From Telluria sp. (GTDB lineage Bacteria; Pseudomonadota; Gammaproteobacteria; Burkholderiales; Burkholderiaceae_D), in the NCBI GenBank assembly GCA_036402435.1, contig DASWSX010000078.1, forward strand, positions 5,222 to 69,221: a stretch of DNA of 64,000 nucleotides. Reading direction: 5' to 3'. A program made the translations under genes and the position numbers. Every line of letters starts with the position of its first letter. The first letter of the stretch is position 1. The notes under the pieces are model-generated. The model did not search any database, was not told the DNA's origin, and saw nothing but the letters and a program-made list of their open reading frames with translations. Shown one piece after another: positions 29,948 to 39,324 of this stretch.

Positions 29948-31894
29948 TCAAATCGATCGCTGACGCCCTATCTCCCACGACACCGAGCCAGCGCGTATCG
30001 TCGCAGCAAGCTGCTGCCCCAGCCGTTGCTCAATCACTGGCTTCCAGGGCACAAGAGAGAAACCCATGCCGCCATCGAGCATCGCATAACGCCCGCTGGC
30101 AAGCATGACGCTACGCCGGTAGATCCCGGCCACGCGCTGCCCATCCGTGACGGGACGATGCGCAAGGCCGGTTTCGGCGGCAATGTCTTTGGCGGCCTGC
30201 GCCAGTTCCCGGTCACGCAGCGTCCCCAGCAGGTTTCGGGCGAGGATCACACTCTGCCCGCGCCGCTGGGCCAGCCCCTGTTCTTCGAGGAAGACGGTGC
30301 GCTGCTGCATGGCCTGCTTGGCGTCGCCACCAAAGCCCAGGTCGCCCAGTCCCCGACCGCCGCCGATCAGTTGCTGGTCGAGCCATGTGGCCCCGATCAC
30401 GCAGGCCTGCCGCTCGATGGGCAGGTGCGATTTCACCTCTACGGCGACACCACCCAGACGCTGCGCGTCGTACTGACGGCCACGCTCGGCCAGGTCGTCG
30501 GGCACGCGCCAGACGCCTTCGGCCATGCGTTCCACGATGCCGGCGCGGCGCAGGGCTTCGAGCCGGCGCACGTGCGCGGCTACCACTTCGCGCGGGTCGC
30601 GGTCGGGCGTGGCCTGGCCTTGGGCCACGGCATGATGGTGGTCGGTGCGGTAGATGCCGTCGGCAGCCAGCACGGCGATGTTCCGGTCGGCGGCGCGCAC
30701 GTCGGCCGAGCCTTTCACTTCAACGACGGCGCCGGTCGGATACTGCTCCAGCTCCGAGCGCGGCGGCAGCGCGACGTAGTGCGCCTTGCCGTCCGTGCCA
30801 TCGACGATCAGATAGCCCTTGTCGTACAGCTCGTCGGCCAGTCCCTTGCCGACGACGCGACCGACGATGGCGCGGCCATCCTCGCTGGGCTGGAACACCG
30901 CCAGTTCGCGCTGCCGGCCGCTCATGGCCCGCTGCATGGTGCGGATGATGTCGCCACGCTCGCCCATTGCCCGCAGCGTCGGTTCGGCCTCGGCATGGAC
31001 GGCCCACGTGCCGGGCTGCTGCTCGCTCGCCAGGCCCATGCGTTGCAAGCGCTGCAGGCGGCCGATCAGCAGTTGCCGCTGACGTTGCAGGCGCGGTTCG
31101 GCCAGCGTCTCCGGCCGCACCAGGCCGTCCACGGCCTCGCGCTGCAAGGTGCGATCCAACCCCGTCCACCGCTCCTGTTCGACTTCGCGCTGCATGGCGC
31201 GCTGCATCTCCAGTTCGGTGCGTGGCCCCAGCCATTGCGTCGCCAGTTCCGATGCTCGGTGACGCATCCCTTCGGCGATGTAGTCGCGGGCGATGATGAG
31301 GTCTTTGCCGGTGTCGTCCTTGCCACGCAGCACGACGTGCGTGTGCGGGTTGTCGGTGTTCCAGTGATCGACGGCCACCCATTCCAGGCGCGTGCCCAGG
31401 TCGGCCTCCATGCGCGCCATCAGGTGCCGGGTGTAGGTGCGCAGGTCGTCGAGCTGTTCGGCATCTTCCGGCGAGACAATGAAGCGGAACTGGTGGCGGT
31501 CGTCGGCGCCGCGTTCCTTGAACGCATCGAGGTCGGCGGCATCGGTCATCGGCCCGTAGGCGCGGCCTGCCCCACCCTGGCGATCGACGCCTTCGCGCTC
31601 GATGTAGCGCAGGTGCGCGGCGGTCGAGCGCGGCCCTGCCTGCGCCAGATTCACCAGCCGGACCTTGATCGCCATGCGCCGCGCGTTCGGCCCCAATCCC
31701 CGGCCAGCGAAGCGCGCCGCTACGTGGCCTCGCCCCAGCCGAGAACCGGGGCGCTGGCCGACTTTGCCCGCCGCCTTGCCGAGCTTCGCGCCGGCCTTGC
31801 TGGTCTGGCGCAGCACCTTGTTGATGAAGGCATCGCCGCGCTGTTTCGGCGCACCGGGGCGGACGCGGAAACGGTCGTCGTCGCGCTGGCTCAT
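29948..31894 (-). CDS. MOBP-type relaxase (VirD2/RlxS-like, DUF3363)
   Basis: HLRYIEREG, FIVSPED, VDHWNTDNPHTH motifs. Confidence 0.94.
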   Translation of the reverse strand: MSQRDDDRFRVRPGAPKQRGDAFINKVLRQTSKAGAKLGKAAGKVGQRPGSRLGRGHVAARFAGRGLGPNARRMAIKVRLVNLAQAGPRSTAAHLRYIEREGVDRQGGAGRAYGPMTDAADLDAFKERGADDRHQFRFIVSPEDAEQLDDLRTYTRHLMARMEADLGTRLEWVAVDHWNTDNPHTHVVLRGKDDTGKDLIIARDYIAEGMRHRASELATQWLGPRTELEMQRAMQREVEQERWTGLDRTLQREAVDGLVRPETLAEPRLQRQRQLLIGRLQRLQRMGLASEQQPGTWAVHAEAEPTLRAMGERGDIIRTMQRAMSGRQRELAVFQPSEDGRAIVGRVVGKGLADELYDKGYLIVDGTDGKAHYVALPPRSELEQYPTGAVVEVKGSADVRAADRNIAVLAADGIYRTDHHHAVAQGQATPDRDPREVVAAHVRRLEALRRAGIVERMAEGVWRVPDDLAERGRQYDAQRLGGVAVEVKSHLPIERQACVIGATWLDQQLIGGGRGLGDLGFGGDAKQAMQQRTVFLEEQGLAQRRGQSVILARNLLGTLRDRELAQAAKDIAAETGLAHRPVTDGQRVAGIYRRSVMLASGRYAMLDGGMGFSLVPWKPVIEQRLGQQLAATIRAGSVSWEIGRQRSI

Positions 31895-32039
31895 GGCATG
31901 GCTCCATCCAAGACCGGCGCAGTCGAGCGGACGAAGCACGCGCTTTCGTCAACACCGATGCGGCATTGCGCACCTTCGCGGCACGCTGCCGCCCTGTGGC
32001 GCGTGCCGCGCTCCCCCCGTGTGCAGACAAGGTTTTCAA

Positions 32040-32090
32040 GCGGCCATGTGCCGCGACCTTTTATCTTGCCTTCCGCCTTTGCCCTGCGCT
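32040..32090 (+). other. Putative oriT nick region
   Basis: TATCTTG|C at 32062-32069 resembles the MOBP nick consensus; intergenic, upstream of the relaxase gene. Confidence 0.55.
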
Positions 32091-32330
32091 GTCGCTCCGG
32101 GCGTTGGCGGCCCGGCGGCGCTGCGCTGCTTGCAGCCAGTGCTCCGGCGAACGCGGCCACGGCCATCGGCCGGGCGCGTTCGAGGCAAGACGCCTGCACA
32201 TGGGAAAGCGGTGCCGGATGTTGCGCGACGTGCGGCGCGGATGCGTTCGCACGGTACGCGCGACGACACGGCGACGGCCGGCAGGACGGCACGCCGGATG
32301 GCACGATGAAGCGCAGCGAATCGGCAGCCA

Positions 32331-32930
32331 TCATCGGCGTGTCTCCAGCCAGACCGGATGCGCAACACCAATCACGGTGGACGCAGCAACCGGCCCAAAA
32401 TACCTGCTGTCGAACGACGCCGGATTGGTCGTGCTCAACAGGAACAGCTCGCCGGGCTCGAGGCGGCGGCATTGCGCCCAGGAAGGCAGCGGACGGCCCA
32501 GCCGGTCGGCAGGCAGCGCGGTGGCCAACGGCACGCCGTCGATGCGCACGCTACGACCGACGATGCACACCTCCTGCGGCGCAACAGCACCGATGCGCTT
32601 GAGCAACGGAACGCGCGTCGGCAGGTAGCCGCGCCGTGTAGCCAGCGCGGCGGCATCGGCCGGCAGCGGGACGAGCACGATGCTGTCCACGGACAACGGA
32701 CGTGGCAGCGAGCCGGCCCGGTGGTCGAGCGGATCGACGCGATACCAACCGACCGCCACACTGTCGGACGGGTTGTAGGTCAGGCGCGGCAGCGGCCGCA
32801 TATGGTCAGGCAGGAAGGACGCCCAGGCCAGCGCAGCGAGGCCGCAAGCGGACAGACCGCCAAGCACGAGGCGAGCGCGCAGACGCGAGCGAGGACGTGG
32901 CGTAGTACCGGAAGTGGAAAGCGTGGTCAT
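32331..32930 (-). CDS. traF: S26-family peptidase TraF (pilin maturation)
   Basis: YNPSDS, LLKRI, SFDSRYFGP. Confidence 0.9.
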   Translation of the reverse strand: MTTLSTSGTTPRPRSRLRARLVLGGLSACGLAALAWASFLPDHMRPLPRLTYNPSDSVAVGWYRVDPLDHRAGSLPRPLSVDSIVLVPLPADAAALATRRGYLPTRVPLLKRIGAVAPQEVCIVGRSVRIDGVPLATALPADRLGRPLPSWAQCRRLEPGELFLLSTTNPASFDSRYFGPVAASTVIGVAHPVWLETRR

Positions 32931-33472
32931 GGCAGCGTTCTCCCGGCCAGCCAGGCGGCGTGCCGCTCGGCGGTGTACGCCGGCAGCGGCAAGCGCGCAG
33001 CGAGACGGTTGCCGAGCGTGCGCCAGTACGCGGGCGACACGTCGGCGGGCGCGATGCCTTGCGCCTCGATGGCGTCGAGCTGCGCCAGCACGGCGCGCAC
33101 GGCGGGTTCGCCTTCGGCGTGCAGCAGCAGGCACGCGCCGGGTAACACGCCGGGGATGCGTTGAGCCGCGTCCAGCGGCGTGCATGCCTGCATCACCATG
33201 AGCTGCCAGCGGATCGTGCCGTAGTCGTTGGCCTGCCAGCGGATGCGACAGAACACGGCACCCGGCAGAAACACCGCGACTCGCCGCCAGCGGTCGAGCC
33301 GGACGATGCGCACCGGTTCGCCAAAGCGTAGGTAGAGGTCGATGCGCTGCTCGACATAGGCGAGCGATACGCGGGTAAGCGGCGCGGCGCCGGCCTGGCC
33401 GGCGAGCACCGCGAGCGATGGCAGCGGCGCAGCCGTGGCCGTGGCCGTGGCCGTCGAGAATTGCGCGTTCAT
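32927..33472 (-). CDS. DUF2840 family protein
   Basis: RWQANDYGT, VSPAYWR; position between par genes and traF. Confidence 0.85.
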   Translation of the reverse strand: MNAQFSTATATATAAPLPSLAVLAGQAGAAPLTRVSLAYVEQRIDLYLRFGEPVRIVRLDRWRRVAVFLPGAVFCRIRWQANDYGTIRWQLMVMQACTPLDAAQRIPGVLPGACLLLHAEGEPAVRAVLAQLDAIEAQGIAPADVSPAYWRTLGNRLAARLPLPAYTAERHAAWLAGRTLP

Positions 33473-33720
33473 GGGGGCGTCTCCGGAAACTCGCGTTCCA
33501 GCAGAGCGCGCAGCAGTTCGGCGACGGTCACGCCCCGCGTGAACGCCGACACCTTGATGCGAGCGCGCATCGCGGGCGTGATGTCGAGGGTCAGGCGCGC
33601 GGTGTAGAGGTCGCCTTTCTGGAGGCCGTCGGCGTCGCCTAGGCGAACCCACGCCTCAGCGTGCGGGTTAGCGGGCGGACGCGCGCCGATGCCGACGCGC
33701 TTGCTGCGTGCGTTGCTCAT
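33469..33720 (-). CDS. Small ParG/RHH-like partition partner
   Basis: ARLTLDIT...RIK pattern, coupled downstream of parA. Confidence 0.75.
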   Translation of the reverse strand: MSNARSKRVGIGARPPANPHAEAWVRLGDADGLQKGDLYTARLTLDITPAMRARIKVSAFTRGVTVAELLRALLEREFPETPP

Positions 33721-34355
33721 GTCGGCCACCGCAGCAGTTCATCGGTGAGCGCGGCGATCTCGCGTGCGGCAGCGCTGTCCGGTGCCGTCTCGCGTGCAAG
33801 CCGGCCAGCGGCCACGCTGTCGGCGAACACGATGCGCTGGCGCACCTCGGCGTGCAGCGCCGGCAGTGGTTGCTCGGCGAGCGACTGCCGCGCCTCGCGG
33901 CCGATGATGGTGGTGCTGACGCGCCGGTTGATGACGAAGGCCGCTGCTAGCTGCGGCCGGAACACCTGAGCTTCGCGGATGAGCGTCACCATCTCGGCGC
34001 TGGCCCACACGTCGTAGGGACTGGGCTGCACCGGGATCAGCACGCGCTCGGCTGCCAGCAGCGCGGAACGCGCCAAGGCGGCAATGCGCGGCGGGCCGTC
34101 GATGATGACGTGATCGGCACGGCGGGCCAGTTCCGGCGCTTCCTGGTGCAGTGTTTCGCGGGCGAGGCCCACAGCGCTGAACAGCCGGGGCAAGCCCTGC
34201 TGGCTTCTGCGCTGCGTCCAATCCAGCGAAGAACCCTGCGGGTCAGCATCGAGCAGGACAACGTGCTGGCCACGCAGCGCCAGTTCACCCGCGATGTGGG
34301 TGGCGAGCGTGGTCTTGCCGACTCCGCCTTTCTGGTTGAGCAGCGCGACGATCAT
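33717..34355 (-). CDS. parA: ParA-family partition ATPase
   Basis: NQKGGVGKTT, DADPQGS, IIDGPP. Confidence 0.93.
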   Translation of the reverse strand: MIVALLNQKGGVGKTTLATHIAGELALRGQHVVLLDADPQGSSLDWTQRRSQQGLPRLFSAVGLARETLHQEAPELARRADHVIIDGPPRIAALARSALLAAERVLIPVQPSPYDVWASAEMVTLIREAQVFRPQLAAAFVINRRVSTTIIGREARQSLAEQPLPALHAEVRQRIVFADSVAAGRLARETAPDSAAAREIAALTDELLRWPT

Positions 34356-34444
34356 GGCACGGCCCTCCGTGTTGGAAGGCCGGGCTTTCGTGGCTGCGCT
34401 GCGTGCCGTTTCGAGGTTGTCCACCGAAACGGCGCGCTCTTTTC

Positions 34445-34584
34445 AAAAGTTAGAGATTTAGAGTTAGGGAAGTTAGAGGGTTCCGAAACCCGCGCCGTTA
34501 TTGGCTTTGCGGCGATTTCGCACGCCTGATGGCACGATAGGGACACGCCCGATAGCACGATACCCGGCACGCCTGATAGCACGA
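34445..34584. repeat. Iteron-like direct repeats plus an AT-richer TTAG repeat tract (putative oriV)
   Basis: CACGCCYGATRGCACGA at 34521, 34544, 34568; four TTAG(A/G)G units at ~34449-34480; directly downstream of repA. Confidence 0.7.
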
Positions 34585-34608
34585 GGCCGTCCACACGTTG
34601 TCCCGCAG

Positions 34609-35442
34609 TTATCCCCGTGCCGTCTGCGGCACGGGCCGGAAGGTCAGCAACTCGGCTCCGTCCTCGGGCATGCGCACGATGCCCAGGACGTAGCCCGGCA
34701 TGGACTGCCGCGCCACCAGGGCGCGCAGGTCGCAGGCAAAGTCGTAGGGCTTCGCCGTGCTGCCCGACTTGCGGTGCAGGTGTTTGAAGTCGAACTGCCA
34801 GCCGCCGGGCTGTTTGCCGCCGTGCTTGCGCACCAGGCGGTACAGCCATCGCTCGATGCCGCCGGTGAGCCGGAAATACGCCGGGTCGATGGTCAGCACC
34901 AGGGCGGCGTCGAGCACGCCCGCATAGAACCAGTCCGGCAGGATCAGCTCGATGCCCAGCGGCGTGCCGCGGGCGTCGGCCAACTCCTTCCACTCGTTGA
35001 TCCACGAGAAGCGATGCAGCCGCCGTCCGGTCGTCTCGCGGATGGATGTCGCCACGGTGGTCGATTGCAGCCGGTCGAGCGCGGCCTTGAGGCGTTGGTA
35101 GTCGCGCAGCGACACCCCGCGCCCGATGAAGCGCAGGATCTCGTAGGGCGTGGCGTGCATCAGGCGCGACGGGCGCAGGCCCGCGTCGCGCGCTTCGACA
35201 ATCTGCGAGGCCGCCCAAATCAGCACGTCCGCATCCCAAATCGTGGCGATGCCGTGTTCCCGCGTGCCCTCCACGCGGATGGTGACGTTGCCGCTGCGGA
35301 AGTCGATCGGCGCCGTGCGCCGCGATTTCGCCAGCGAGAAGAATGGATACGCCATCAGGTCCTGGGCGTCGCGCGGTGCCATGTCGCCCGGCAAGGCGCG
35401 GAACAGGTCGAGCTGTTCCCGCTCCCGCGATGGGCTGGACAT
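34609..35442 (-). CDS. repA: Replication initiator protein A
   Basis: DAQDLMAYPFFSLAK, GIATIWDADVLIW, ERWLYRLVRKH. Confidence 0.9.
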   Translation of the reverse strand: MSSPSREREQLDLFRALPGDMAPRDAQDLMAYPFFSLAKSRRTAPIDFRSGNVTIRVEGTREHGIATIWDADVLIWAASQIVEARDAGLRPSRLMHATPYEILRFIGRGVSLRDYQRLKAALDRLQSTTVATSIRETTGRRLHRFSWINEWKELADARGTPLGIELILPDWFYAGVLDAALVLTIDPAYFRLTGGIERWLYRLVRKHGGKQPGGWQFDFKHLHRKSGSTAKPYDFACDLRALVARQSMPGYVLGIVRMPEDGAELLTFRPVPQTARG

Positions 35443-35468
35443 GGCGGTGGCCACCGGCGAGCCGCCGA

Positions 35469-35750
35469 TCAGCGCGCACGGCTGTCGGCCGAATGGTGCT
35501 CGGCATATTCGGGATCGGACGTGGCCTCGAAACTGCGCTGGTCGGCCCAGGCGTCGAGGTCGGCCACCGCGTACATGACGCGGCGACCGAACTTGCGGAA
35601 CTTCGGCCCGCCGCCGATCACACGCTGCTTTTCGAGCGTGCGCGGCGACAGCCGCAAATACTCGGCGGCTTCGTCGTTGGTGAGGTAGCGTTGGGGTTGC
35701 GGCGGCGTGGTGGCGGCAACGGCAACAGGCCGCAAGGGTGCGGGTCGCAT
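35469..35750 (-). CDS. HTH excisionase / RdfS-like protein
   Basis: YLTNDEAAEYLRLSPRTLEKQR..GGGPKF, first gene of the rep/par/traF operon. Confidence 0.85.
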   Translation of the reverse strand: MRPAPLRPVAVAATTPPQPQRYLTNDEAAEYLRLSPRTLEKQRVIGGGPKFRKFGRRVMYAVADLDAWADQRSFEATSDPEYAEHHSADSRAR

Positions 35751-35875
35751 CGGATGAACCTCCATCGGTCAGGAACGACCGGCCACACAGCGCGACCGGA
35801 TGGAGGCAGTCTTGGGAAAGCGGCGCCGGGCGCAGAGGGTCGTTTTGCGGCTGCGCCCAAACGACCCTCCCCAGG

Positions 35876-36631
35876 TCATTCGAGGTGTGCAAGGCGGCGG
35901 TAGCCGCCGCGCATCAGTGATTGACCACGCCGCACCAGACGGCGCACGCGCGAGCGCAGGCCGCCGTCCGTGTACCAGTTGGTAGCCACCGCCTCGGTGC
36001 CGAACAGCCCCACGGCTGTTTCGCGCAAGGACGCGCCCGTAAGGGTCGCGTCGAGCGCCTGCAGGGTGTGCAATTCCAGCAGCGCGGCCGGCGTGGGCCG
36101 GGAGCGGGCCGCCGCCGCAGGCACGGCCCCGTCCACCGTCGTCAGCTTGTCCAGCTCTGTCGTGATCGTGCGGTAGTGCGTGCAGGGTTCAGCACACGCG
36201 CGGACGGCATAGAGGTAGGCCATACCATCGGCCAGACCCGGTGACAGTGCGAGCCGCACGCAGCAGCCAGGCCAGCGCGCCGTCAGCACCAGGCGCTTGC
36301 CGTCGTGGACCAGATGCTTGTGGCCGGGGATGCGCCAGAACTCGAAGGGGTGGGCCTCCGGCAGCGGGTCGGCATCCGGGTGGAGCTGGATTACGCCATC
36401 GTGATCGGGAAACCAGGCCGGATGCGCGTCGCGCGCATCCAGGGCCGGGTCTTCCAGCAGGCGCAGTCCCCAAGCGTGCGCCGCCTCCGGCCGGCGACGA
36501 CGGCGCAGCCAGTCACGCCGGTAGTCGGGATGGCGGCGCAGGTACTCCCAGGCCAGCGCAGGGCCGTCCAGATGCAGCGCGTAAAGATACGCGGCGGTCG
36601 GATACCAGGAATCGGTGCTTCGATCAGCCAT
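35876..36631 (-). CDS. DUF6499-DUF2285 (FseA-like) transcriptional activator
   Basis: LAWEYLRRHPDY N-terminal motif; C-terminal ALDA...GASLRE...LF...RSRVRRLV...GGYR. Confidence 0.8.
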   Translation of the reverse strand: MADRSTDSWYPTAAYLYALHLDGPALAWEYLRRHPDYRRDWLRRRRRPEAAHAWGLRLLEDPALDARDAHPAWFPDHDGVIQLHPDADPLPEAHPFEFWRIPGHKHLVHDGKRLVLTARWPGCCVRLALSPGLADGMAYLYAVRACAEPCTHYRTITTELDKLTTVDGAVPAAAARSRPTPAALLELHTLQALDATLTGASLRETAVGLFGTEAVATNWYTDGGLRSRVRRLVRRGQSLMRGGYRRLAHLE

Positions 36632-37000
36632 GACGCGACCTCCTGTCGGGCAGGAACGTCGCCACGGGCCTCGGGCGCGGGATCTACAGCATCACGACAT
36701 CAATGCGCCATCAGGAGTGCGTAAACTCACGCCGTAACGAGGGGTGTCAAGACCGATCGGCTCCGAAGCCTTGCACGCATCGTCCGAATGCGACGGCCGC
36801 GCAGCTCCGAAAATGGCGCGCAGCATCAGACACCCTGCCGCAAGCCGCACCGTGCATCATGTCTCTTTCGGTCAGAGCCGCGCCCTCATGACGCATGAAT
36901 GCCGATCCAGACCGTAGCCGTCTTGAATCAGATCGAGAAAGACACAATGCGCCGCAATGGCCTGTGTCTGGATGGCCCGCAGCGAGGCCATGGGGTTCGA

Positions 37001-37351
37001 TCAGTCGGGGATCGAGCCATCGCGCTGCGCCAGCCGGACGTACTCCGATAGTGACCGCGAAGCGCTGAAGTACAGGTCGCGTAGGACGGGCCGCTGCTGC
37101 GGCCCGACGATGGCTGTCAGGTCGGACAGCTTGACCGTCCCCAGCGCCGGCATCCCGATGCCGAGGTCGATCAGTCCCCACGCGGTATCGCCATCGGCCG
37201 GGTCGAGCGCGGCCAGCAGCCAGGTCGCGTGCGCATCCGGCGTGAATAGCCGCACCACCGGCAGCGGATCGATGCTCTGGCCGGCGGCACGCGCCGCGCC
37301 GTTGGCAAGCAGTTGCGCGCGCTCGTCGGCGGTGGTCAGCGGCTGGGTCAT
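37001..37351 (-). CDS. DUF2958 family protein
   Basis: PVVRLFTPDAHATWLL, GLIDLGIG.P.LG. Confidence 0.85.
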   Translation of the reverse strand: MTQPLTTADERAQLLANGAARAAGQSIDPLPVVRLFTPDAHATWLLAALDPADGDTAWGLIDLGIGMPALGTVKLSDLTAIVGPQQRPVLRDLYFSASRSLSEYVRLAQRDGSIPD

Positions 37352-37642
37352 GGTCAGGAACTCCACGAAGCCAGGGATGCACGGACACGCTTTTCCGTCG
37401 AAACACGGAACCGCAAAGACGGGTCTGCGCTTTCGACCAAAAGCATGGATGCGCAAGCCATCGAATCCGTACATGCACGGAAGCGCGGAAGCGGAATTGT
37501 GGAGGTCTGGAAAGGCACGGATGCGGTTCCCCGATTCTGTTGGAATCCGCCCATGCGGATTTCCGTAAAGGCACGGAAGCGAACCATTGATGAGTTAAAG
37601 ATAACGTGGTTTTAATTGTCCCGCGACCGGACGCTTCTGTCC

Positions 37643-37933
37643 ATGCAGAAGCGCTCCGTCCAGCCCGGCCGACCGGCCGGCGTCACCACCTTCGATGCCG
37701 AGCTGGCCAAGGCTTTCGGCGCGGCGGTGCGTGCGCTCCGTTCGGAGCGCGGGATTGCGCAGGAATCATTGGCGAACCTGGCCGGCATCGAGCGCTCCCA
37801 TATGGGCAAGGTGGAGCGCGGTGAGCACATGCCGACGCTGGCGATCATCTTCAAGATCGCCGGCGCGCTCGGGTGCAGTACGGCAACCCTCATGGCCGCG
37901 ACGGAAGCCCAACTCGCGGCACCGGCGACGTAG
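37643..37933 (+). CDS. XRE-family HTH regulator
   Basis: FGAAVRALR...AQESLA...IERSHMGKVERG. Confidence 0.9.
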   Translation: MQKRSVQPGRPAGVTTFDAELAKAFGAAVRALRSERGIAQESLANLAGIERSHMGKVERGEHMPTLAIIFKIAGALGCSTATLMAATEAQLAAPAT

Positions 37934-37985
37934 GCCGCCGATGGAAGGCGCCCCGCCACAATGGACGGGGCGCGGTGGGCGGCCG

Positions 37986-38297
37986 TCAGGCCGCCGGCTT
38001 GCTGCGCGACCAGATCAGGTCGTGCGTACCGCCCTCGTTCTCGATCAGGCGGGCATAGACCGTTGCCGGGAACGAAGGATCGTCGAGGGTCACGGACAGG
38101 TAGTCTCGCCCGGCCTCGCTGGTCTTCTTCCACGCCGCGCCGATGTCGTGGCCGGCCGCCTGAAGGCGGAAGTCGGGGGCGTTCTCGTTGCCGCCCTTGT
38201 CGTTGGGCACCAGCTTGACCTTGACGTTGAGCGTCAGGGTGCGGAGCGTGCCGGTGAAGCCGTCTTTCTCTGCGGTGAAGGTGCCGATGTTGGCCAT
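37986..38297 (-). CDS. DUF736 family protein
   Basis: MANIGTF, APDFR, IGAAW, LDDPSF; strong RBS GGAGAA. Confidence 0.9.
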   Translation of the reverse strand: MANIGTFTAEKDGFTGTLRTLTLNVKVKLVPNDKGGNENAPDFRLQAAGHDIGAAWKKTSEAGRDYLSVTLDDPSFPATVYARLIENEGGTHDLIWSRSKPAA

Positions 38298-39053
38298 GGT
38301 GTTTTCTCCTTTCGGGTTGAACAAGGTCGCGCCAGTGCGTCCTTGTTGTGAACCGGTCGGCGGGGGATGGGCGGGCCGCACCGCGTAGCGGTCGCAACAG
38401 CGTGGAGAACCTGGAAGCGCAAAGAATTTGCTGCGCGAGGAAGCCGCGCAGCGGCGGGGAAATTGTTTGCGCTGGAAGGTTGCGGCCATGAAGCCCAAGG
38501 CGCAGCCGCGCCCTCGCCAGGATTCACGACAAGCCAAGGACGCACGGGCCGCCAGCTCCCGAATGGAGACGTGGCCGACTCGGCATCCCCGCGTGACGGC
38601 TTCACCGGCTTGTGCCCTGACACTGGCAAGGCCAACACCCCAACGACAAGCGAGAACGCTCCTTGCCGCAGATTGCGGCGACGGGCTTGAGGCGTGGCGT
38701 GGATGCTCCATAGCGAGGCCGGGTGGCGTGTCGGTGAACCGCCCTTCGTGACGTACAGGTGCGAACCGCCAGCGTCGAAGACGGCACGCTTTGGCACAAC
38801 CTGCCGCAGCAAGCCGGGGCATAGCCCCACAAGCCCCGCCCATTGCGGCGGGGCGCCATCGAAATCTTGCCCGCGTCAGCGGGCGCCGATTGCTGTCCCG
38901 CGCGCAAAGCCGTTGCGCGCTCGCCCCGTCGCCGCCTGGTCGAAGGCGGCGACGGGGCGATTTTGCTTTGGACGCTGGAACCGGACGCGGCCTGGCCGCG
39001 CCCGGATTTTGACCACCGGCCCCAAGGCGGAACGGCTTGGGGCCGGTGCTGGG

Positions 39054-39263
39054 TTATTCCTTCGTCTCGACAATCCACCACTCGGCACGCGGCAAGGAGC
39101 GGCCCGTGATGGGATGCAGCTCGGTCAGGTCGGCGCGGGCCGTCCAGCCGCGAGGCGGACGGTAGCCGCGCGCGTCGCCGTCACCATGCCAGCGACGGGC
39201 GCGTACCGTGCCGGGGGCATAGGTCGCCGCCATCCGCGGCCGGCTCGTGGTGTTGCGGTTCAT
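39054..39263 (-). CDS. Small hypothetical ICE protein
   Basis: 69 aa ORF downstream of the ParB-like gene with RBS GAGGA. Confidence 0.55.
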   Translation of the reverse strand: MNRNTTSRPRMAATYAPGTVRARRWHGDGDARGYRPPRGWTARADLTELHPITGRSLPRAEWWIVETKE

Positions 39264-39324
39264 GGGCGGAATCCTCGGAATGAAGCGCCCCGGCCAGAAC
39301 CGGGGCGCTTGCCTGCGGTCACGG

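Noticed and set aside
29903-32602. 899-aa + strand ORF, and similar long antisense ORFs (2415-4319, 39247-41397, 58833-60488)
   Set aside because: Shadow ORFs opposite well-supported genes in high-GC DNA
33432-33455. GCCGTG tandem repeat as a phase-variation tract
   Set aside because: In-frame 6-mer encoding a Thr-Ala linker; length change would not shift the frame
34521-34584. CRISPR-like array
   Set aside because: Repeats of 17 bp with only 6-7 bp spacers and no cas genes; iteron-like instead
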